The position numbers and the translations under genes are program-made. DNA of 64,000 nucleotides, from positions 52,591-116,590 of the forward strand of contig JAHDCV010000001.1 in assembly GCA_020629695.1 (NCBI GenBank). The letters run 5' to 3'. The notes beneath the pieces are model-generated. The model did not search any database, was not told the origin of the DNA, and worked only from the letters and a program-made list of their open reading frames with translations. This DNA is from Acidimicrobiales bacterium. GTDB lineage: Bacteria; Actinomycetota; Acidimicrobiia; Acidimicrobiales; SZUA-35. This document shows positions 49,036 to 59,226 of the stretch, piece by piece (within the stretch, counting starts at the first letter, position 1; each line of letters opens with the position of its first letter).

Positions 49036-49734
49036 GTGGATGACGACGTGACGAAGCAGGACCTGACGACGACGGCGAACTCCGATGTGGCCGCACCCCA
49101 CGGCCTCTGCCGGGTGTGGCTGTTGCTCGACCGATCCGCATCGATGGCACCGACGGCCGAGCCCATGCGTCGGGCCATCAATCGGTTCCTCGCCCGACAG
49201 TCGGACCTCGGTGGCACGTCACGCCTGTCGATCGTCGGCTTCGACATCGACGGCATCCACCTCTTCGCCGACGGGCTCGACCTGTCGTGTGCCACCTCAC
49301 TCCGTCGGGCGTGGTTCGAGCCGTCCGGCACGACGAGACTGCTGTCGGCCATCGACGCCGCCCTCGATCTGATCGACGAGACCGCGCGGGCGCGGGCCGA
49401 CGCCTCCGAGCGTCCCGAGGATCACCTGTTGCTGGTCGTGACCGATGGTGCGGACAACGCCTTCGACCGGCCGGGTGCCGACGATCGAGCTCGACGGATC
49501 GAGCAGCTCGGCGCCGGCGGCATCACCGTCGTGTCGATGGCGGCGACCGCTGCCGCCCGGGAGACCCTCAGCGTCGCCGGGATCCCCCCGGGCAACATCG
49601 CGCACTATCTCGCCGACGACGCCGGGGTCGAATCGGCCTGGTGGTGGCTCGACGAGGCGACCACCCGCTGGCGGTGCCGCACCCGGAAGGCGCGACGGCG
49701 TCTCGCCGAGCACTTCCTGGCGGAGCCGAGCTGA
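49036..49734 (+). CDS. vWA domain-containing protein
   Basis: LLDRSASM MIDAS, GTT, VVTDGADN. Confidence 0.8.
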   Translation: MDDDVTKQDLTTTANSDVAAPHGLCRVWLLLDRSASMAPTAEPMRRAINRFLARQSDLGGTSRLSIVGFDIDGIHLFADGLDLSCATSLRRAWFEPSGTTRLLSAIDAALDLIDETARARADASERPEDHLLLVVTDGADNAFDRPGADDRARRIEQLGAGGITVVSMAATAAARETLSVAGIPPGNIAHYLADDAGVESAWWWLDEATTRWRCRTRKARRRLAEHFLAEPS

Positions 49735-50150
49735 TGGCCGAGTTCGACCCGTCCGCCCTGCCACGCGGCGCCAGGAGCTTCCTCGACGAACGACACCTCG
49801 CCACCCTGCACCTGACCCGCCCGGACGGCACCCCGCACGTGACACCGGTGGGAGTGACCGTGGACGAGCACGCCGGCCTCGCCCGGGTGATCACCTGGGC
49901 CGACTCCTACAAGGCCCGACTCGTCACCCAGACGCCTGGGATGGCCGCCGCCGTGTGCCAGGTCGACGGCGGCCGTTGGCTCACCATCTACGGCACCGTG
50001 ACGGCCTCCGCCGACCCGGAGCGCACCGGACCGGCGGTCGCGGCCTATGCCGCCCGGTATCGGCCGCCCAAGGAACGCGACGACCGGGTCGTGATCGAGC
50101 TCCGGATCGAGCGGATCACCGGTCGGGCACCCGACCCCGAGCCGAGCTGA
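49734..50150 (+). CDS. PPOX class F420-dependent (pyridoxamine 5'-phosphate oxidase family) protein
   Basis: ERHLATL..RPDGTPHVTPV, CQVDGGRWLT, RVVIE. Confidence 0.87.
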   Translation: MAEFDPSALPRGARSFLDERHLATLHLTRPDGTPHVTPVGVTVDEHAGLARVITWADSYKARLVTQTPGMAAAVCQVDGGRWLTIYGTVTASADPERTGPAVAAYAARYRPPKERDDRVVIELRIERITGRAPDPEPS

Positions 50151-50180
50151 CCCACGCGCCGCCGGGCGGGGCCCATCGGC

Positions 50181-51830
50181 TCAGGCCGAGGGCACGTCCA
50201 CGAGCACCCGATGGAATCCGGTCGCACCGTTCGGAGCCACGGGCGCCCGGGCCTCGATCTGCACGTCCCCGTCCTTCGTCGTTGCGCGGGACTCGAGAAC
50301 GTGCTGGCCCGGCGTGGCGTTCCACTCGTGCCGGAACTGGACCCAGACGTCGTCGCTGGTCGACTCGCCGAGGGTCGCCGCCTCCCACGGACCACCGTCG
50401 ACCCGAACCTCCACCGCGGCGATGCCGCGGTTGGGGGCATACGCAACGCCACCGATCGGGATCGTGCCGGGTGCGAGGGGGTCGCGACGTTTCGGCACAT
50501 CGATGCGGGAGGTCACCTTGATGGGACCCTCCTTCGACCAGCCGCGGGGGATCCAGTAGCCGTGCTCGGTCTCCCAGTCGGTGAGTGTGATCTCCGACAA
50601 CCACTTGGTCGCCGACACGTACCCGTAGATCCCCGAGATGATCAGCCTGGCGGGGAAGCCGGAACGAGCGGGAAGCGGCTCGCCGTTCATCCCGACCGCG
50701 AGGAGCGCGGTCCGACCGTCGTAGGCGAGCTCGGTCGGGAACCCGGCGGTGAATCCGTCGACGGAGCGTCCCATGATCTGCGTGCCGCCGGGCTGGACAC
50801 CGGCCTCGTCGAGCAGCTCGGTGAGCGGCACACCCTGCCAGAGGGCGGTGCCGACCAGACCGCCACCGACCTCGTTCGACACGCAGGCGATGGTGACGGG
50901 CACCTCGACCAGGTCTCGAGCGAGCAGGTCGTCGTAGGTGAAGGTGAGCTCCCGATCGACGGCGCCGTTGATGGTCATCGACCAGGAGGCCACGTCGACC
51001 TGGGGCACGACGATGGCGGTGTCGATCCGGTAGAAGTCCTCGTTGGGGGTGATGACCGGCGTGATCCCCGGGATGTCGAGACCGGACGGCGGCGGCGTGA
51101 CCGCCGTGGAGGCCGTGGGCAACTCGATCTCCGCCCGTGCCGCTTCCACGACGTTGGTCGATCGGAGGCGACGCGACACGATCGCCGCCGCCCCGGCCCC
51201 GGCGACCGCCGTGCCCGATGCGACGAGGAAACTCCGGCGGTCCGCGGTCTTGACCCGCGGATCGGCGGCGGCGGTCAACACCGGCGATGCCGGTGCGCCC
51301 GGGGCGTCCGGCGGCGCCGTCGGCACGCCGGTCATCGGCGCCGGGGCGCTCACGACCGCGTCGTCGGCGAGGTCCGGGAGCACCGGGAGCCCCTGCGCGA
51401 GCCGAAGGAGTGCGGCGAGCGTGACCAGGCCGAGCCCGACACCCACGACGACGCCGGCGACCGTGCCGCCGGCGGACGCCTGCGGATCGGAGATCCCCGC
51501 CCAGAGCCCGATGGCGCCGAAGACGGCGAAACCGGCGACCGGATAGCCGAAGGAGCGGAGGGCGAGCCGCCCGAGTAGGAACCCGGCGAGCACACCGACC
51601 ACGACGATGCCGACGATCAGGGCGACCTTGTCGTTGGTGCCGAACAGCGCGACGGCGATGTCCTTCAACGACGCGGCGAAGCCGTCGATGAAGCGGGAGG
51701 CGACGACGCTGACGAGTGAGGTCGCCTCGCCGGCGAGGGCGCTCGGCAGCTCGCCGGCACCGAGGGCCACGGCGGCGGCCACGGCACCTGCGATGCCGGC
51801 GCGGTTCTGGATGGATCGATCGTCGCTCAT
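50181..51830 (-). CDS. membrane molybdopterin-dependent oxidoreductase (sulfite oxidase family)
   Basis: TPNEDFYRIDTA, CVSNEVGG, MNGEPLP, GFPARL, YGYVSATKW; N-terminal TMs. Confidence 0.92.
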   Translation of the reverse strand: MSDDRSIQNRAGIAGAVAAAVALGAGELPSALAGEATSLVSVVASRFIDGFAASLKDIAVALFGTNDKVALIVGIVVVGVLAGFLLGRLALRSFGYPVAGFAVFGAIGLWAGISDPQASAGGTVAGVVVGVGLGLVTLAALLRLAQGLPVLPDLADDAVVSAPAPMTGVPTAPPDAPGAPASPVLTAAADPRVKTADRRSFLVASGTAVAGAGAAAIVSRRLRSTNVVEAARAEIELPTASTAVTPPPSGLDIPGITPVITPNEDFYRIDTAIVVPQVDVASWSMTINGAVDRELTFTYDDLLARDLVEVPVTIACVSNEVGGGLVGTALWQGVPLTELLDEAGVQPGGTQIMGRSVDGFTAGFPTELAYDGRTALLAVGMNGEPLPARSGFPARLIISGIYGYVSATKWLSEITLTDWETEHGYWIPRGWSKEGPIKVTSRIDVPKRRDPLAPGTIPIGGVAYAPNRGIAAVEVRVDGGPWEAATLGESTSDDVWVQFRHEWNATPGQHVLESRATTKDGDVQIEARAPVAPNGATGFHRVLVDVPSA

Positions 51831-53065
51831 GAGAGGGCTCCGGGGACACGGAGGGCGAAGACACATCCGTGGTCGTGGTCGTCGATGGTGAGGGTGGCCC
51901 CGCGTGCTTCGGCGAGTCCACGGGCGATGGCGAGTCCGAGACCACCACCGCCGTCATTGCGGTTGCGGGCGTCATCGGCCCGATAGCCGAGATCGAACAC
52001 GCGGCTCTTGATCTCGTCGCTGACCCCACCACAGCTGTCGGCGACGGTCACTGCCGCACCGTGTTCGGTCGCGGCGACCCCGAGACGGATGTCGCCGCCC
52101 GCGGGGCTGAAACGGATCGCGTTGTCGAGCAGGTTGTCGATGATGCGGCGCATGTCGCGCTCGGGCACCGCGGTGGCCACCGGCTCGATGTCGGTGTGGA
52201 TCGTGCGTCCTTCGGCTCGAGCCCGGACGGCAGCACGTTCGGCCACGTCGCCGACGAGGAGATGGAGTGCCGACATCGGCTGTTCGCCGTCGACGGCACC
52301 GGCGTGGATCCGCGACAGTTCGAACAGGTCGTCGACGAGACGAGCGAGCCGCTCCGTCTCGACGATGATGGACCGCTGGTACTGGTCGATGTCGTCGGCC
52401 TCGTCGACCACACCGTCGACCAACGCCTCGGCCAGCGCCCGGATCGCGGCGATCGGGCTGCGGAGGTCGTGCGACATCCAGGCGACGAGCTCGGACCTGG
52501 CCTGCTCGAGATCGGCCTGTCGACGACGAGCCTCGGCGAGGTCCCGCTGGGCGGTGGCGAGCTGTTCGGCCAGGAACGTGAACTCCGCGGTCGCGAGCCC
52601 TGCCGGGACCGCCGCCGAGATGTCGGGATCGAGGGCCTGGCGGGCGAACACGCCGAGCTCGGCGGCCGACGCGCGAATCCACTGACCGATCACGAGCGCG
52701 GCCGACGCGGCGACGGCGGCCGACATCACGAGCACGACCGCCAACACCCCGAGGTCGTGGCTCGAGATGAACATGGCCTGGGCGGTGAGGGCGACGCCGA
52801 ACACCGTGACGGCGACCGCTCCGAGGGCGACCGCGGCGACCTGCACGGCCGCGGAGCGACGCCGGACGAGGCTGAGCCCGACCGCGACGATCAACGCCCC
52901 GAGCAGGGAGCCGAAGCCGGCGGTCCGCAGGATCGACGACGCCTCGGCACGGTCGGCCGAGGTCTGGAATGCCACGACGGCCGCGGTCGCCACACCGGCG
53001 GCCAACACGACACCGGGGATCCACAGCGACCTCGAGACCGCCCATCGACGAGTCACGGGGCTCAT
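51827..53065 (-). CDS. sensor histidine kinase
   Basis: MSHDLRSP, NLLDNAIRF, GGGLGLAIA. Confidence 0.93.
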   Translation of the reverse strand: MSPVTRRWAVSRSLWIPGVVLAAGVATAAVVAFQTSADRAEASSILRTAGFGSLLGALIVAVGLSLVRRRSAAVQVAAVALGAVAVTVFGVALTAQAMFISSHDLGVLAVVLVMSAAVAASAALVIGQWIRASAAELGVFARQALDPDISAAVPAGLATAEFTFLAEQLATAQRDLAEARRRQADLEQARSELVAWMSHDLRSPIAAIRALAEALVDGVVDEADDIDQYQRSIIVETERLARLVDDLFELSRIHAGAVDGEQPMSALHLLVGDVAERAAVRARAEGRTIHTDIEPVATAVPERDMRRIIDNLLDNAIRFSPAGGDIRLGVAATEHGAAVTVADSCGGVSDEIKSRVFDLGYRADDARNRNDGGGGLGLAIARGLAEARGATLTIDDHDHGCVFALRVPGALS

Positions 53066-53754
53066 GGGTCGAAGCGGTAGCCGAGGCCCCGCACCGTCAT
53101 CAGATGACGCGGATTCGACGCGTCCAGCTCCAGCTTCTCCCGGAGCCGGCGGATGTGCACGGTGACCGTGGCACCGTCGCCGATCCGGTGACCCCAGACG
53201 GCCTCGAGGAGATCGTCGCGAGCGAACGCGACCCCCGGGTTGGCCATGAGATGGGCCAGGAGCTCGAACTCCTTGGTGGCCACGGGCACGACCTCGCCGG
53301 CACGGCGGACCTCGTGGGCGACGAGATCGAGCTCGATCTCGCCGGCGGTGCGGATCGCGGTCGGGGCCGATTCGGCCACCGGGGTGGAGCTCCGTCGGAG
53401 CACCGCTCGGATCCGGGCCACGAGTTCACGAGGCGAGAACGGCTTGGCCAGGTAGTCATCGGCTCCGAGCTCGAGTCCCCGGACACGATCGTCCTCCGAA
53501 TCGCGGGCGGTGAGCATCACGATCGGAATCGGAGCCGACTGGCGGATGCGGTGGCAGACGTCGAGCCCGTTCAGCCCGGGGAGCATCAGATCGAGCACGA
53601 CCAGGTCGGGCGCCCAGGTCAACGCAGCCTCGAGGCCGGCCTGTCCATCCGCTTCGTGACGGACGGCGAAACCCTCCTTCTCGAGGTATCGCCGGACGAC
53701 GTCGGCGAGCACGGGATCGTCCTCGACGATGAGCAGGCGCAGGGTTTCGTTCAC
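53062..53754 (-). CDS. OmpR family response regulator
   Basis: VEDD, LDLMLP, GADDYLAKPFSPREL, VHIRRLREK, TVRGLGY. Confidence 0.95.
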   Translation of the reverse strand: MNETLRLLIVEDDPVLADVVRRYLEKEGFAVRHEADGQAGLEAALTWAPDLVVLDLMLPGLNGLDVCHRIRQSAPIPIVMLTARDSEDDRVRGLELGADDYLAKPFSPRELVARIRAVLRRSSTPVAESAPTAIRTAGEIELDLVAHEVRRAGEVVPVATKEFELLAHLMANPGVAFARDDLLEAVWGHRIGDGATVTVHIRRLREKLELDASNPRHLMTVRGLGYRFDP

Positions 53755-53818
53755 ACTCGGAAGGTACGGCACACAGGAGGAACCGGCGAGACCCCGAGGC
53801 CTTCCGTTTCGGGATCGT

Positions 53819-54460
53819 TCAGATGCGGGCGTCGGGCACCCGTCGGAGCATCGTCCACATGTGCGGCCCGATCTCCGCGCTCGGATCGGCACCGAAGGAC
53901 GAGAAGCGGTGGGTGTGCGATCCGGTCGGGATGTCGAACTCGGCTGTCACGTCGAAGCCGTGTCGCCGGTAGTACGCCACGTTGACCATCGTCTGGGTCT
54001 CGAGATGGACGGGAAGTCCCTCGGCATCGGCGCGCTCGAACATGGACGCCATCAACGCCGCACCGAGACCCTGCCGCTGCCAGTCCGGATGGGTGGCGAG
54101 GAGCTGGAGGTACCAGTGCTCCTCCACCGGCGTGTGCTCATCCATGCGTGGGCCGAGGATGCCGAAGCGTTCCTGGAGGTCGGCCGGCGGAGCGGGCGGC
54201 TCGGGAGCGTCCGGATCGACGGCCGGCTCCGGCCGGCCCGGTGGGATCCAGACGGCCAGGGCGGCGACGTCGTCGGTGCACCACACCTCTCCGAGCCGGA
54301 TCCAGCCGGCCATCGCCCGATGCAGGACGTCGCCGGTGGGAGTCAGGTACTGCGCGTCGTCGGGCCACAGCCACCGCATGATCGGATCCTCGGCGAAGGC
54401 CCGGGTCGCGGTCACACAGAGTCGGATCAGGTCGTCGTCGGTCGCCCGTCGCAGGATCAT
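53819..54460 (-). CDS. GNAT family N-acetyltransferase
   Basis: AFAEDP, HWYLQLLATHPDWQRQGLG, YYRRHGF. Confidence 0.9.
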   Translation of the reverse strand: MILRRATDDDLIRLCVTATRAFAEDPIMRWLWPDDAQYLTPTGDVLHRAMAGWIRLGEVWCTDDVAALAVWIPPGRPEPAVDPDAPEPPAPPADLQERFGILGPRMDEHTPVEEHWYLQLLATHPDWQRQGLGAALMASMFERADAEGLPVHLETQTMVNVAYYRRHGFDVTAEFDIPTGSHTHRFSSFGADPSAEIGPHMWTMLRRVPDARI

Positions 54461-54482
54461 GCGACGACCGTAGGGCCTGCGC

Positions 54483-54869
54483 TCAGGCCGTGGGGCGGAA
54501 TCCGGCCGGTCGGCGAACGTCGGACTCGCCGAGCCAATCGGCCAACGCCTCCCGCCCGACCCGCCATTCGTCGCCGAGCCGTCGGGCCGGCAGGTCACCC
54601 GCGTCGATGCGCTCGTTCACGGCGGCCTCGTCCACCTGCAGCGCCGCGGCGACCTCCGAGACCGTGAGTGCGACCGGTGTGGGGACGGGCGCCGCGGCCT
54701 GCCCGACGGACCCGGGCACCGGCGCCCCGTCGTCTGGCATCGCCATCGAACTGGCGAGCAGCCGCCCGACCACATCCTGTTTCGACCGCCCGACGCGCTG
54801 GACGTGATCGTCCAATTGGCGGGCCTGCTCGGCCGTCAGGCGCACGAAGAGGGGGACCCGCTCACTCAT
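54483..54869 (-). CDS. RHH + excisionase-like HTH DNA-binding protein
   Basis: LFVRLT..SKQDVV (RHH-like); LTVSEVAAAL..GDLPARRLGDEWRV (HTH_17-like). Confidence 0.8.
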   Translation of the reverse strand: MSERVPLFVRLTAEQARQLDDHVQRVGRSKQDVVGRLLASSMAMPDDGAPVPGSVGQAAAPVPTPVALTVSEVAAALQVDEAAVNERIDAGDLPARRLGDEWRVGREALADWLGESDVRRPAGFRPTA

Positions 54870-54936
54870 GGCACCCATGCTGCCACAGCGTGCTTGCAGA
54901 TTGCTATCAGAGTGATATCGCGCGAAGGTCGGCGGC

Positions 54937-55866
54937 ATGCGCCCCTTCCGCTTCGCACTGCAGGGTGATGGTCGGCCACGCGGCGACGCTCCACCCGACA
55001 TCGTCACCACGGCCCGCGCCGCCGAAGTCGCTGGCTTCGACGTGCTGTCGTGCTGGGACCACGTCGGCTCCCCCTGGTCGGCGATCGCGCCACTCGCCAT
55101 GGCCCTCGGCGCGACCGAACGATTGACGGTGGCCACCGCGGTGTTGAACAACGACCTCCGTCATCCCGTCGAGGTGGCTCGCGAGTTCGCCTGCCTCCAG
55201 GGCATGTCAGGGGGACGGGTCGAGCTCGGGCTCGGCGCAGGTCACTCGGCTCCCGAGTACGCGGCGATCGGCATGCCGTTCGACCCGCCGGCGGTGCGCA
55301 AGGAGCGCTTGATGTCGTCGCTCTCGATCCTCCACGCCCTGTTCCACACCGGGACGGCCGACCATCACGACGACTTCTACGACGTGACGGACGTGTCGGT
55401 CGTCCGGGGTGAGGTCCCGCCGGTTCGGCTGCTCGCCGGGCTCAACGGGCGTCGCTGGCTCCGACGGGCGGCCGAGTGGGCGGACGTGCTCGGACCGACC
55501 ATGCTCGGCAGGACCCATGCCGACGGCGCCCGACACGACGTGCGCTTCGAACCGGAGCGGCTCGACCGTCTCATGGACGACCTCCGGGGCGACCTCGGTC
55601 CCCGCTTCGACGAACTCGAGTGGAACGCCCTCGTGCAGGCGGTGATCATCACCGATGACCGCGAGCGGGCAGCCGCGGAGCTCGCGGCGGACATCCCGAG
55701 CCTCGACCCCGGACACGCGCTGACGACGCCGTTCCTGGCGATCGGGACCCACGAGGAGATCGCCGACCACCTGCGAACCGTCCGGGCGCGGTGGGGCTTC
55801 TCCTACTTCACGGTGCGGGTCCTCGACGACTTCGTTCCGGTCATGGAGCGACTGCGCTCGGCATGA
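54937..55866 (+). CDS. LLM class F420-dependent oxidoreductase
   Basis: MRPFRF, WDH, NNDLRHP, SGGRVELGLGAG, RWGFSY. Confidence 0.9.
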   Translation: MRPFRFALQGDGRPRGDAPPDIVTTARAAEVAGFDVLSCWDHVGSPWSAIAPLAMALGATERLTVATAVLNNDLRHPVEVAREFACLQGMSGGRVELGLGAGHSAPEYAAIGMPFDPPAVRKERLMSSLSILHALFHTGTADHHDDFYDVTDVSVVRGEVPPVRLLAGLNGRRWLRRAAEWADVLGPTMLGRTHADGARHDVRFEPERLDRLMDDLRGDLGPRFDELEWNALVQAVIITDDRERAAAELAADIPSLDPGHALTTPFLAIGTHEEIADHLRTVRARWGFSYFTVRVLDDFVPVMERLRSA

Positions 55867-55902
55867 CCCCGGCCGGCGCACCACGAGTGACAAGCTGGTC
55901 GG

Positions 55903-56748
55903 GTGCATCCCGCGGCCCGAGCCCTCCCGGCGGCGATCTTCGTGATCGCTGCGTGCAGCTCGATCACGACCGTCGACGCCACCGCCCCGGACGATCCGGC
56001 GGTCGAGCCCACGACGGTGTCGACCGACCCGGGCGAACCGGCGAACCCACCTGATCCGGCCGCACCGGGCGACGCCCTGTCCGAACCCCGGACCCCGGAC
56101 GCCCTGCCCGACCCGACCGAGGTGCTGCCGGTGTCGCCCGAGGCGCCGACCGCCGACGCACCCCGGGTCGTCGCCGATCCCCCACCACCGTTCGCCGCAT
56201 CGATCGCCCCCTTCGAGGGGGACGCACTCGAACGCTCGACGTGGGCACCGAGCTGTCCCGTCCACCACGACGACCTCCGCCTCCTCACCCTGCACCACTG
56301 GCGTCCCGACGGCTCGACCACGACCGGGGAGCTGGTCGTGCACGCCGACTGGGCCGACGAGATCGTCGGGGTGTTCGCTCAGCTCTACTCGGCCGGATTC
56401 CCGATCGAGGAGATGCGCATCACGACACCATCGGACGTGGCCGCGCCGCCCGATGACGACAACCACACGACCGCCTTCGTCTGTCGAGCGGTGACCGGCG
56501 GGACCACCTACTCCCAACACGCCTACGGGCTCGCGATCGACATCAATCCACTGTGGAATCCCTATCTCCGCGGTGACGTCCTGATCCCACCGACCGCCGC
56601 GCCCTGGCTCGACCGTGGCGACGTCCGGCCCGGCATGATCGTGGAGGGCGACCCCGTCGTCGCGGCCTTCGATGCGATCGGCTGGGGCTGGGGCGGACGA
56701 TGGACCTCACTCGACGACTGGCAACACTTCTCCGCGAACGGCCGCTGA
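55903..56748 (+). CDS. M15 family metallopeptidase lipoprotein
   Basis: IAAC lipobox, FVCR, SQHAYGLAIDINP, WGG.W..DWQHF. Confidence 0.9.
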   Translation: MHPAARALPAAIFVIAACSSITTVDATAPDDPAVEPTTVSTDPGEPANPPDPAAPGDALSEPRTPDALPDPTEVLPVSPEAPTADAPRVVADPPPPFAASIAPFEGDALERSTWAPSCPVHHDDLRLLTLHHWRPDGSTTTGELVVHADWADEIVGVFAQLYSAGFPIEEMRITTPSDVAAPPDDDNHTTAFVCRAVTGGTTYSQHAYGLAIDINPLWNPYLRGDVLIPPTAAPWLDRGDVRPGMIVEGDPVVAAFDAIGWGWGGRWTSLDDWQHFSANGR

Positions 56749-56764
56749 ACCCCGCGACCGCGAC

Positions 56765-59095
56765 TCAGTCGCCCCGGGCCACCGCCAGTAGGGCGGCGTT
56801 GACGATGTGCGGCGCCGAGATGCCCGTGAGGTGATGGAGCTCCGCGATCCGTCCCGACTCGCCGAACCGGTCCACGCCCAGTGCGTGTTGTCGGGTTCCG
56901 AGCGCCGAGCCGACCCAGGCCAGCGCATGGCTCGCCGCATCGTGCACACTCACCACGGGTCGGCTCCGCTCCTCCGCCGGCACGAGCTGGCTCAGCAGAT
57001 CGGGAACGACCCGCTCGTCACCCCGTTCGATCGCGGTGGCGAACGCCTGCCGCCACGACGTGTAGGCCCGGTCCGGACTCGTCAGGTGCACGACGGTCGC
57101 CGCCACACCCTCGGCGTCCAGCTCCTCCGCCGCGGCGAGCGCCTCGGGGGCCATCACCCCCGTGGTCACGATGGTCACGCCCGGCCGCCCGTCGGGCGGA
57201 GCCGACCGCAGCCGGTAGCCGCCGGCGAGCACGAGGCGTCGGAGTTCGTCCTCACCGTGGGCATCGAGCGCCCCGGCGAACGGCGTCTGATCGATCGGTC
57301 GGGTCGACAGGCGGAGGTACCAGCTCCCGCCGTCGGGTCGCCCGAGATCGGCGAGGGCCTCACACAACAACCAATCGACCTCGGTGGCGTAGGCCGGCTC
57401 GGCGTAGGTCAGCCCCGGCAGCTCCGCCCCGACCGAGGCCGTGATCGTGGACTGGTGGGCGCCGCCCTCGGGGGCGAGCGTCACCCCCGAGGGTGTCCCG
57501 GTCACGACGAACCGGGCGTCGTTGTAGATGCCGTAGATCAACGCATCGAGCCCGCGCAGCACGAAGGGGTCGTAGACGGTGCCGATCGGCAACAGATGGC
57601 GACCGTGGTGGTCGTGGGCGAGACCGAGCTGGCCGAGCAACATGAACAGGTTCATCTCGGAGATACCGAGTTCGATGTGACGACCCGATGGTGACGGCGC
57701 CCACTTGAGCAGGCGCTCGGCACCGCCGTGATCGTCCCGCTCGGTCGGCGAGAAGACGCCGGTCTTGTTGATCCAGCCGCCGAGGTTCGTCGAGATCGAC
57801 ACGTCGGGGGCCGTGGTGACGATGCGGTCGCCGACGTCGTCGACGTCGGCGAGCGCCGTCAGCACGCGACCGAACGCCTCCTGCGACGACAGCGCACCCC
57901 GCACGCTGATCGGACGAGCGGCAACCGGCACCGGCACGATCGGACGGGGCTCGGGATCGGGATTGTTGACGCTGCCCCCGACGGCGGCGCAGCGGCGCCC
58001 CTCGGGCGACGCCGGGTCGAACGCATCCCACTCGGTCGCGGCGTCGAGTCCGGCGGCCGTGCGCGCCGCGTCGATCTGATCCGGCGTCAACAACGCCGCG
58101 TGGTTCAGCGGATCACCGGCGATCGGCAGACCCCACCCCTTGATCGTGTAGGCGAACACCACACTCGGTCGGTCCGGCTCCGCATCGCACGACCGGAAGG
58201 TCTCGCCGAGCAGACCGAGATCGTGGCCCCCCAGATCGGTCACGGTCGCGACGAGTTCGGCGTCGTCGAGCTGATCGGCCCACCGCACCACCGCCGCATC
58301 GGCGGCATCGCAGAACTTCGCACGCATCGCGGGCCCGTCGAGCGCGAACAACGCCTGATAGGCCTCGTTCGGCATGGCGTCGATGTGGGCCCGCAGCGCA
58401 TCACCGCCGTCGGTGTCGAACGCCGCCGAGAGGCGCTGGCCGTACTTCGCCACGGCGACGTGCCACCCGGCGTCGCCGAAGAACCGGATCAGGCGCTCGG
58501 CCGCGATGTCGGGAATCACCCGATCGAGGCTCTGCCGATTGAGGTCGACCACCATCGTGAAGTTGCCGAGGCCGGCCGTCGCGGAGTCCGCGATGGCCTC
58601 CCAGACGTTGCCCTCGTCGAGCTCGGCGTCGCCGACGAGTGCGTAGAACCTGGCAGCGCCGGCATCGTGCCCGTGGGCGTCGAGATAGCGGCGGGTGAGA
58701 GCGGAGAACAGCGGTGCGACGGCGCCGAGGCCGACCGAGCCGGTGGAGAAGTCCCGGACGTCGGGGTCCTTGGTCCGGGAGGGATACGCCTGGAGCCCTC
58801 CCTGCTGCCGCAACGTCGTGAGATAGGAACGGTCGAGCTCGCCGGTGAGGTACTTGATCGCGTGGTACACCGGCGACGCGTGCGGTTTCACCGCCACCTT
58901 GTCGTCGCCACCGAGGTGCCCGAACCAGAGCGCCGTCATGATCGACACCATCGACGCACACGACGCCTGATGACCGCCGACCTTGATCGCCGTGCCCTCC
59001 CGGCGGTTGGCCTCGTCGATGATCCGGGTGGCCAACCAGAGCACGCGTCGTTCGATCGAACGCAACAACTCGGGGTCGACGGCGTGATCGGTCAT
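56765..59095 (-). CDS. homodimeric pyruvate dehydrogenase E1 (AceE)-like ThDP enzyme
   Basis: KVGGHQAS, FSTGSVGLG, GDAELDEG..NRQSLD, ELGISE, EGGAHQS. Confidence 0.88.
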   Translation of the reverse strand: MTDHAVDPELLRSIERRVLWLATRIIDEANRREGTAIKVGGHQASCASMVSIMTALWFGHLGGDDKVAVKPHASPVYHAIKYLTGELDRSYLTTLRQQGGLQAYPSRTKDPDVRDFSTGSVGLGAVAPLFSALTRRYLDAHGHDAGAARFYALVGDAELDEGNVWEAIADSATAGLGNFTMVVDLNRQSLDRVIPDIAAERLIRFFGDAGWHVAVAKYGQRLSAAFDTDGGDALRAHIDAMPNEAYQALFALDGPAMRAKFCDAADAAVVRWADQLDDAELVATVTDLGGHDLGLLGETFRSCDAEPDRPSVVFAYTIKGWGLPIAGDPLNHAALLTPDQIDAARTAAGLDAATEWDAFDPASPEGRRCAAVGGSVNNPDPEPRPIVPVPVAARPISVRGALSSQEAFGRVLTALADVDDVGDRIVTTAPDVSISTNLGGWINKTGVFSPTERDDHGGAERLLKWAPSPSGRHIELGISEMNLFMLLGQLGLAHDHHGRHLLPIGTVYDPFVLRGLDALIYGIYNDARFVVTGTPSGVTLAPEGGAHQSTITASVGAELPGLTYAEPAYATEVDWLLCEALADLGRPDGGSWYLRLSTRPIDQTPFAGALDAHGEDELRRLVLAGGYRLRSAPPDGRPGVTIVTTGVMAPEALAAAEELDAEGVAATVVHLTSPDRAYTSWRQAFATAIERGDERVVPDLLSQLVPAEERSRPVVSVHDAASHALAWVGSALGTRQHALGVDRFGESGRIAELHHLTGISAPHIVNAALLAVARGD

Positions 59096-59226
59096 GTCGG
59101 GCTCCCTCGGCTCGAGACGGGAAGGAGTCTGGCACCACCGACGAGGTACCCGCGACCCGGCGGCGACCGGATGCTGCCGTGGCTCGCCGGCTGGCAACCA
59201 CCGCAGCGGCCGGACAGGATGCACGC

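Noticed and set aside
54483-54869. Excisionase-like HTH as a prophage or ICE marker
   Set aside because: No integrase, phage or conjugation genes nearby.
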